A DNA stretch of 64,000 nucleotides from the NCBI GenBank assembly GCA_964016885.1, contig OZ024742.1, positions 375,596,001-375,660,000 of the forward strand, in the 5' to 3' direction. Under the pieces are notes generated by a model, which worked only from the letters and a program-made list of their open reading frames with translations, ran no database searches and was not told the origin of the DNA. The translations under genes and the position numbers were made by a program. Numbering within the stretch: the stretch's first letter is position 1; each line of letters opens with the position of its first letter. Positions 57,401-64,000 of the stretch are shown in pieces. This DNA comes from Eledone cirrhosa (taxonomy: Eukaryota).

Positions 57401-60291
57401 CAACACCCAGGTGGTAATGTTAAACTAGACAGGTTAAGTCTACCACCCAACACCCAGGTAGTAATGTTAAACTAGACAGATTAAGTCTACCACCTAACAC
57501 CCAGGTAGTAATGTTAAACTAGACAGTTTAAGTCTACCACCCAACAACCAGGTAGTAATGTTAAACTAGATAGGTTAAGTCTACCACCCAACAACCAGGT
57601 AGTAATGTTAAACTAGACAGGTTAAGTCTACCACACAACACCCAGGTAGTAATGTTAAACTAGACATTAAGTCTACCACACAACACCCAGGTAGTAATGT
57701 TAAACTAGACATTAAGTCTACCACCCAACACCCAGGTGGTAACGTTAAACTAGACAATAAATCTACCACACAACACCCAGGTGGTAATGTTAAACTAGAC
57801 ATTAAGTCTACCACCCAACACCCAGGTGGTAATTTTAAACTAGACATTACGTCTACCACACAACACCCAGGGGGTAATGTTAAACTAGACATTAAGTGTA
57901 CCACCCAACACCCAGTTAGTAATGTTAAACTAGACATTAAGTCTACCACACAACACCCAGGTGGTAATGTTAAACTAGACAAATTAAGTCTACCACCCAA
58001 CACCCAGGTAGTAATGTTAAACTAGATAGTTGAAGTCTACCCCCCCCCCCCCAACAACCAGGTAGTAATGTTAAACTAGACATTAACTCTACCACCCAAC
58101 ACCCAGGTAGTAATCTTAAACTAGACATTAACTCTACCACCCAACACCCAGGTAGTAATGTTAAACTAGACATTAAGTCTACCACACAACACCCAGGTAG
58201 TAATGTTAAACTAGACATTAAGTCTACCACCCAACACCCAGGTAGTAATGTTAAACTAGACATTAAGTCTACCACACAACACCCAGGTAGTAATGTTAAA
58301 CTAGACATTAAGTCTACCACCCAACACCCAGTTAGTAATGTTAAACTAGACATTAAGTCTACCACACAACACCCAGGTAGTAATGTTAAACTAGACAGGT
58401 TAAATGTACCACCCAACACCCAGGTGGTAATGTTAAACTAGACATTAAGTCTACCACCCAACACCCAGGTAGTAATGTTAAACTAGATAGTTTAAGTCTA
58501 TCACCCAACACCTAGGTATTAATATTAAACTAGACAGGTTAAGTCTACCACCCAACACCCAGGTGGTAATGTTAAACTAGACATTAAGTCTACCACCCAA
58601 CACCCAGGTAGTAATGTTAAACTAGATAGTTTAAGTCTACCACCCAACATCTAGGTATTAATATTAAACTAGACAGGTTAAGTCTACCACCCAACACCCA
58701 GGTACTAATGTTAAACTAGACATTAAGTCTACCACCCAACACCCAGGTAGTAATGTTAAACTAGACAGATTAAGTCTACCACCCAACACCCAGGTAGTAA
58801 TATTAAACTAGACAGGTTAAGTCTACCACACAACACTCAGGTGGTAATGTTAAACTAGACAGGTTAAGTCTACCACCCAACACCCAGGTAGTAATGTTAA
58901 ACTAGACAGATTAAGTCTACCACCCAACACCCAGGTAGTAATATTAAACTAGACAGGTTAAGTCTACCACACAACACCCAGGTGGTAATGTTAAACTAGA
59001 CAGGTTAAGTCTACCACCCAACAGCCAGGTAGTAATGTTAAACTAGACAGATTAAGTCTACCACCTAACACCCAGGTAGTAATGTTAAACTAGACAGTTT
59101 AAGTCTACCACCCAACAACCAGGTAGTAATGTTAAACTAGATAGGTTAAGTCTACCACCCAACAACCAGGTAGTAATGTTAAACTAGACAGGTTAAGTCT
59201 ACCACACAACACCCAGGTAGTAATGTTAAACTAGACATTAAGTCTACCACACAACACCCAGGTAGTAATGTTAAACTAGACATTAAGTCTACCACCCAAC
59301 ACCCAGGTGGTAACGTTAAACTAGACAATAAATCTACCACACAACACCCAGGTGGTAATGTTAAACTAGACATTAAGTCTACCACCCAACACCCAGGTGG
59401 TAATTTTAAACTAGACATTACGTCTACCACACAACACCCAGGGGGTAATGTTAAACTAGACATTAAGTGTACCACCCAACACCCAGTTAGTAATGTTAAA
59501 CTAGACATTAAGTCTACCACACAACACCCAGGTGGTAATGTTAAACTAGACAAATTAAGTCTACCACCCAACACCCAGGTAGTAATGTTAAACTAGATAG
59601 TTGAAGTCTACCCCCCCCCCCAACAACCAGGTAGTAATGTTAAACTAGACATTAACTCTACCACCCAACACCCAGGTAGTAATCTTAAACTAGACATTAA
59701 CTCTACCACCCAACACCCAGGTAGTAATGTTAAACTAGACATTAAGTCTACCACACAACACCCAGGTAGTAATGTTAAACTAGACATTAAGTCTACCACC
59801 CAACACCCAGGTAGTAATGTTAAACTAGACATTAAGTCTACCACACAACACCCAGGTAGTAATGTTAAACTAGACATTAAGTCTACCACCCAACACCCAG
59901 TTAGTAATGTTAAACTAGACATTAAGTCTACCACACAACACCCAGGTAGTAATGTTAAACTAGACAGGTTAAATGTACCACCCAACACCCAGGTGGTAAT
60001 GTTAAACTAGACATTAAGTCTACCACCCAACACCCAGGTAGTAATGTTAAACTAGATAGTTTAAGTCTATCACCCAACACCTAGGTATTAATATTAAACT
60101 AGACAGGTTAAGTCTACCACCCAACACCCAGGTAGTAATGTTACACTAGACATTAAGTCTACCACCCAACACCCAGGTAGTGATGTTAAACTAGATAGTT
60201 TAAGTCTACCACCCAACACCTAGGTATTAATATTAAACTAGACAGGTTAAGTCTACCACCCAACACCCAGGTGGTAATGTTAAACTAGACA
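28968..60291 (+). repeat. Near-perfect tandem duplication of ~15,640 bp (28968-44652 recurs at 44608-60291)
   Basis: Every ORF from 30610 to 43969 has a counterpart 15639-15641 bp downstream. Private variants are shared (CAACGCCC, AACCTTAAAC, CATCACCC, TAGAAAGTT, ACGGCTACC). The offset changes only across poly-C tracts. Confidence 0.95.
40100..44650 (+). repeat. Local ~1.6-1.7-kb triplicated HOR subfamily (repeated at ~55740-60590)
   Basis: ORF ends 40655/42362/43935 (offsets 1707 and 1573). Variants CCTAGGTATTA, GGTACTAAT, GTTACACTAG and TTAAATGTACC are seen only in this block and its copy. Confidence 0.85.
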
Positions 60292-61049
60292 TTAAGTCTA
60301 CCACCCAACACCCAGGTAGTAATGTTAAACTAGATAGTTTAAGTCTACCACCCAACACCTAGGTATTAATATTAAACTAGACAGGTTAAGTCTACCACCC
60401 AACACCCAGGTAGTAATGTTAAACTAGACATTAAGTCTACCACCCAACACCCAGGTAGTAATGTTAAACTAGACAGATTAAGTCTACCACCCAACACCCA
60501 GGTAGTAATATTAAACTAGACAGGTTAAGTCTACCACACAACACTCAGGTGGTAATGTTAAACTAGACAGGTTAAGTCTACCACCCAACACCCAGGTAGT
60601 AATGTTAAACTAGACAGATTAAGTCTACCACCCAACACCCAGGTAGTAATGTTAAACTAGACAGATTAAGTCTACCACCCAACACCCATGTAGTAATGTT
60701 AAACTAGACAGATTAAGTCTACCACCCAACACCCAGGTAGTAATGTTAAACTAGACAGATTAAGTCTACCACCCAACACCCAGGTAGTAATGTTAAACTA
60801 GACAGATTATGTCTACCACCCAACACCCAGGTAGTAATGTTAAACTAGACAGATTAAGTCTACCACCCAACACCCAGGTAGTAATGTTAAACTAGATAGG
60901 TTAAGTCCACCACTGCAATAGGTTATAGAAGGATTTGAACGTAGAATGTAAAGAACAGTAATACTTATAGTGACACACTAACAATCTGTTGGGCAATATC
61001 TGTGGGGAACATTCTGTATGATATATCTAATCTATCTAAAGTTTGTCTC

Positions 61050-61388
61050 AAGCTCAGGGTTTCATCAGGCCGGTGCTTATTCTGGTTTTGTGGTGTGAAG
61101 CGACTGAGAGTACACAACTACTGCTCTGGACAGCACGCCTGTCGATTGCAGGGTTAACGTCTGTCTCAAGCTTGTACTTTTCCGAGTTTCCTGGTGTTAA
61201 GTGACAGAGTAAAACTCCTCCCGGTGTTAAATACCAGCTATTGCCGGTACACATTTTCAGCTGAGTATACTGAAGCAATGTGAAATAAAGTGTTTTGTTC
61301 CAGAACACAACACAGAACGCAGTCCAGGAATCGAACCTACGACATTATGATTGGAAGTCCAACACCTTTACGACTAGGCCATGTGTGT
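61050..61388 (-). mobile_element. tRNA-derived SINE (degenerate)
   Basis: Minus strand has A box TGGCCTAGTCG (61381-61371) and a perfect B box GGTTCGATTCC (61337-61327). These are followed by GTTGTGTTCTGGAACAAAACACTTTATTTCACATTGCTTCAGT...AAATGTGTACCGGC, a body resembling marine-invertebrate SINE cores (recognised from memory). Ends are approximate. Confidence 0.8.
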
Positions 61389-61474
61389 GTACAGTAGAGC
61401 CACACATGTTATATATAGAGAGTGGCATATATTCATCATTCATAACAATTCTTTGCATTTAACTCTTAACATGT

Positions 61475-61513
61475 TGTACCACATGAAATTGTCATGTGAT
61501 TTCATGTAGTACA
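61475..61513. repeat. Short inverted repeat (15-bp arms, 1 mismatch, 9-nt spacer)
   Basis: TGTACCACATGAAAT-tgtcatgtg-ATTTCATGTAGTACA. Confidence 0.7.
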
Positions 61514-61587
61514 GAATATTAACAGATATTCTAAACATTCTTGACAAATATAAAACAACAATATGACTAGTCTTTACACTTCTTTGC

Positions 61588-61709
61588 TCACTTATTCCGG
61601 AGAGGGTTGTGGGGCAGAGTCCTCAAACACTCCTTCCAGTGGGTCCTGTCAGAAGCAACCATCTCCAACTGATCTGGCTGGATTTCCAAGCGAGACCAGC
61701 CAAGCTCAT
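61588..61709 (-). mobile_element. Old Rex3/Expander-like RTE LINE, ORF C-terminus (3' part of a fragment split by a later insertion)
   Basis: Manual translation (H)ELGWSRLEIQPDQLEMVASDRTHWKECLRTLPHNPLRNK* resembles the Rex3-type C-terminus (RLAWERLGIPPEELEEVAGDREVWASLLRLLPP, recalled). It is homologous to 63654-63739. Confidence 0.75.
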
Positions 61710-63134
61710 CATCATCACCGTTTTACGTCCGTTCTTCCACGCTAGCATAGGTTAGACGGGTTATCCTGTTGTGGGCAGTGTCTGGTCAACTGACCTTGTC
61801 TTGTTCATACGGAAACTGATTCTGGCTTAATTTCTACAACTGGATGCCCTTCCTAACACCAACCTCATTTACAGTGAGTGCTGGGTGCTTTTTTCCCGTG
61901 GCGCCTACACATCCACTTTACAGTGGGCTGGGTGCTCTTTTGCCGTGGCACCGCCACGACCACTTTGCAGTGGGAGCATATTGTCTATATACTTCAGCTT
62001 CGGCTTTTACCCGTTGGGGGTCAGGTATTATGTATTACTGTGTGACACCAGAGGTCACGGTTCTGTGTCATCGCCTTTGAGAGGTATAATTGGGTAAGGT
62101 CGGCTTTTATCACCTCATCCCAGGTCTTCTTGGGTCTACCCACACCGCGGTTTCCATCGACTTCTAGTGCTCTGCTCCTTTTTATGCAGCTGTCATCCTT
62201 CATACGCATCACATGTCCATACTAACGCAACCGCCTCTCCTGCACACAGCATTTGATTCCTCTTATGCTCAGTCTCTTTCTCAATTCATTTATGCTTTGT
62301 CATTCATGTATATTACTGTTACACATCCATCGGAGCATACAGGCTTTGTTTCTTTCTAATCTACACAAGTCTTCCACAGACAGCACCCAAGTCTCACTAC
62401 CGTGTAACATTGCTGTTCATATACATGCATCATACAGTCTGCCTTTCATTTTGAGGGAAAAGCCTTTTGCAGCTAGCAGTGGCAGTAGCTCCCTGAACTT
62501 CTTCTATCCCGTTCTTACCCTAGTTATTGTACTTTCCGAACACCCACCTCCGCTGCTAATTCGGTCACCTAGGTAGCAGAAGCTGTCTACTGTTTCTACA
62601 GGGCCCTCCCAGAGTTTGGTGGTACTTGCTTCCTGTGGCTGTTTGCTGCTTGCTGTCCCAGCACAGCTGCTACATGTGAAGCCTACATTCTTAGTTAAGC
62701 TTCCTGAGATCCCGCTACATCTCTTGTGTACCCATTGTTTGCATTTGGGGCAGAGAATGGAGTTCCTACCTACACCTTTCCTACATACTGAGCAAGGCCA
62801 TTTCCCTGAGGGGATCTGGGTTCTGTTTTCTCGTCTACTTACAAGGACCTTAGTCTTTGTCAGGTTGACTTTGAGACCCTTTATTTCTAGTCCCTGCTTC
62901 CAAGTTTGGAATTTCTTCTCTAGTTCTACCATAGATTCAGCTATGAGTGCGAGGTCATCAGCATACAGGAGTTCCCATGGGCATCTGGTCTTAAACTCCT
63001 CCGTTATTGCCTGCAGGACTATGATGAACAGGAGGGGGCTAAGAACAGAGCCCTGGTGGACCCCAACCTGTACGCTAAATTCCTCGCTATACTCATTGCT
63101 AATCCTAACTTTGCTGACTGCTCCCCTATACATG
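61710..63134 (-). mobile_element. 5'-truncated RTE-clade non-LTR retrotransposon with (ATG)n tail and GCTCAT target-site duplication
   Basis: RT motifs GVHQGSVLSPLLF, LLYADDL, LKVNLTKTK and FCYLG; C-terminal GSETW, YGHVMR and GRPKKTW. About 300 bp of 3' UTR ends in a tail that reads CATCATCATCA on plus (61707-61717). GCTCAT occurs at 61704-61709 and 63135-63140. Confidence 0.93.
62021..63133 (-). pseudogene. Defective reverse transcriptase ORF of the RTE element (RT C-terminal half, PHD-like finger, C-terminal domain)
   Basis: ORFs 62504-63133 and 62021-62212 are in one frame, joined through four in-frame stops (RTG*KKFRELL, ACI*TAM, IHE*QSI, RLR*YGH) with no frameshift. Confidence 0.9.
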
Positions 63135-63227
63135 GCTCATGGATATTATCCAATTATCCTGCTCAGAATCTACCCCTGGGTCTCCTGCTGGTTGGTTTTG
63201 TCTATAGTATCTGTCCAGCGATTCTTT
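63135..63227 (-). mobile_element. Old Rex3/Expander-like RTE fragment, upstream part of the split copy
   Basis: Translates RIAGQIL*TKPTSRRPRGRF*AG*LDNIHE and continues in frame into 61709-61588. Homologous to 63734-63826. Confidence 0.75.
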
Positions 63228-63343
63228 ACACTAATACTGCAAATTTTTGCAATTTTTCCACTAGCAAAGATACTACAAACATTTGAATAAACCTGTTTTT
63301 CAATATTTTCTACTAAATCATTAGAGAATGACTCTTAAGAGTG

Positions 63344-63392
63344 AAAAACAACACAAACACCATATTAACCAGGATACATATTTGCTTTTAAT
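63344..63392 (-). promoter_or_regulatory. Candidate polyadenylation signal: ATTAAA (63392-63387) plus GU/U-rich downstream element GTGTTTGTGTTGTTTTT (63360-63344)
   Basis: The spacing is canonical and the signal lies ~70 nt downstream of the candidate stop codon at 63461. Confidence 0.5.
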
Positions 63393-63460
63393 GTCATATA
63401 TAAGAGTAAAGTGCTTGAAAATGTAATTTTATACAAAAAATGTTGTGTAGAGTGATATTT

Positions 63461-63541
63461 TTATAACTCTACGTCTGTGTCAGATGAATCATCTATTTCA
63501 TCAGAATCACCACCAATTGCTCTCCAAAATGACATTGTTGC
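63461..63541 (-). CDS. AAGAB: Probable last coding exon of alpha/gamma-adaptin-binding protein p34 (AAGAB homolog): ATMSFWRAIGGDSDEIDDSSDTDVEL*
   Basis: Polypyrimidine tract and acceptor TTCTGTTCTTTCTCCTTCTTTGTTACAG| precede 26 codons and TAA. FWxAIGGDxDEI matches the human AAGAB C-terminus as I recall it ([25 protein letters not shown]). Too short for the ORF track; upstream exons lie outside the window. Confidence 0.78.
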   Translation of the reverse strand, partial: ATMSFWRAIGGDSDEIDDSSDTDVEL

Positions 63542-63597
63542 CTGTAACAAAGAAGGAGAAAGAACAGAATACTTTATAAAATACAAAGCATTATATA

Positions 63598-63990
63598 AAT
63601 CAATCAGGTAAAATTTAAATACATCAATTAATCAGGTACATTTTAAAATACATTAAACACTCCTTCCAGTGGGTCCTGTCACAAGCAACCATCTCCAACT
63701 GATCCAGCTGGATCTCAAAGTGTGACCATTCAAGCTCATGGATGTTATCCAACCATTTTGCTTGGGGTTTACCCCTGGGTCTCTTGCTATTTGGTTTTGC
63801 CTGTAAAATCTGTCCAGTAATTCTTTCCTGAGATATTCTAACTGCATGCTCATAATATCCTAACTGTGATCTCTCAATTCATAGAAGTAGTGGCTCTACC
63901 TGGAATGTCTTTCTGATTTCTATGCTATGCAATCTATCCAGTAATGTTATACCAATCAATCAGGTAAATAAAAAATATACCTAAAACACT
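63598..63990 (+). repeat. Three copies of a ~29-bp motif (CAATCAATCAGGTAAA...TACAT) bracketing the intronic RTE fragment
   Basis: Copies at ~63598-63624, 63625-63653 and 63953-63982. The last two are both followed by AAACACT. Confidence 0.65.
63654..63953 (-). mobile_element. Second Rex3/Expander-like RTE fragment (intronic, truncated at both ends)
   Basis: Translates GITLLDRLHSIEIRKTFQVEPLLL*IERSQLGYYEHAVRISQERITGQILQAKPNSKRPRGKPQAKWLDNIHELEWSHFEIQLDQLEMVACDRTHWKEC. VEPLLLxIERSQL and RPRGxP..W are typical of this RTE group. Confidence 0.82.
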
Positions 63991-64000
63991 TAGCCTGTTC

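Larger units (their letters stand above)
1..60913 (+). repeat. Satellite DNA array of 45/47-bp monomers (rare 46, 48, 49 bp and longer variants), single orientation, roughly 1300 copies; continues beyond the window start
   Basis: Consensus AGGTAGTAATGTTAAACTAGAC(A/AGG/AGT/AGA)TTAAGTCTACCACCCAACACCC recurs continuously. The last partial monomer ends ...GATAGGTTAAGTCCACCAC at ~60913, followed by unique sequence. Confidence 0.99.

Noticed and set aside
1124-59988. Dozens of repetitive ORFs ((LTLLPGCWVVDLMSS)n on minus, (STTQHPGSNVKLDIK)n on plus) as a repeat-protein family
   Set aside because: 45 bp is 15 codons with one stop-free frame per strand, and the ORFs start and end where 47-mers shift the frame. 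Most starts are alternative TTG/GTG codons, and there is no unique domain, signal peptide or splice structure.
1-60913. CRISPR-like array (palindromic repeat with variable centre)
   Set aside because: The variable part is only 5-7 nt, drawn from a few recurring point variants rather than unique spacers. There are no cas genes and the context is eukaryotic (LINEs, SINE, intron).
1-60913. Telomeric repeat array
   Set aside because: There are no TTAGGG/TTAGG tracts. The unit is 45-47 bp with HOR structure indicating recombinational rather than telomerase origin. A subtelomeric location cannot be excluded.
1-60913. Nucleosome or helical phasing code (four monomers about 180-188 bp)
   Set aside because: This is a numerical coincidence only; no consistent four-monomer periodicity is visible in the order of variants.
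61320-61388. Functional tRNA gene
   Set aside because: A and B boxes are present, but I could not build a convincing acceptor stem or cloverleaf, and the sequence continues into a SINE body.
61563-63290. Plus-strand ORFs (61563, 61844, 61885, 62253, 62616, 63056)
   Set aside because: They are antisense shadows of the RTE elements and their UTR, with no recognisable motifs.
61625-63830. The two similar segments (61625-61709 and 63654-63739) as LTRs or duplicated host exons
   Set aside because: Both translate to the C-terminus of an RTE ORF. There are no TG..CA ends or gag/integrase sequence, and the enclosed RT is non-LTR type.
61054-63853. Minus-strand ORFs 61054-61308 and 63653-63853 as genes
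   Set aside because: The first lies inside the SINE. The second is an off-frame reading of the Rex3-like fragment, whose recognisable frame is different and contains a stop.

Overview
Eukaryotic (animal) genomic DNA, probably a marine invertebrate; the TE ends resemble cephalopod repeats, from memory only. Positions 1-60913 are one uninterrupted head-to-tail satellite array of 45-bp (AGGTAGTAATGTTAAACTAGACATTAAGTCTACCACCCAACACCC) and 47-bp (+2 nt after GACA/GATA) monomers. The array has nested higher-order structure: a ~1.7-kb cycle, duplications at offsets of about 1.1, 1.6, 3.7, 7.6 and 14.5 kb, and a near-perfect 15.64-kb tandem duplication. All repetitive ORFs in the array are by-products of the 45-bp period. 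The array ends sharply at ~60913. The remaining ~3 kb holds, all on the minus strand: a tRNA-derived SINE, an old Rex3/Expander-like RTE fragment interrupted by a second 5'-truncated RTE LINE (with a PHD-like finger inside its RT region and a 6-bp TSD), a probable last coding exon and polyA signal of an AAGAB (p34) homolog, and a second Rex3-like fragment in that gene's last intron. I found no CRISPR or prokaryotic system and no demonstrably new biological system. The most interesting items are the satellite architecture and the abrupt satellite/gene boundary. HOR breakpoints were read by eye and are approximate.
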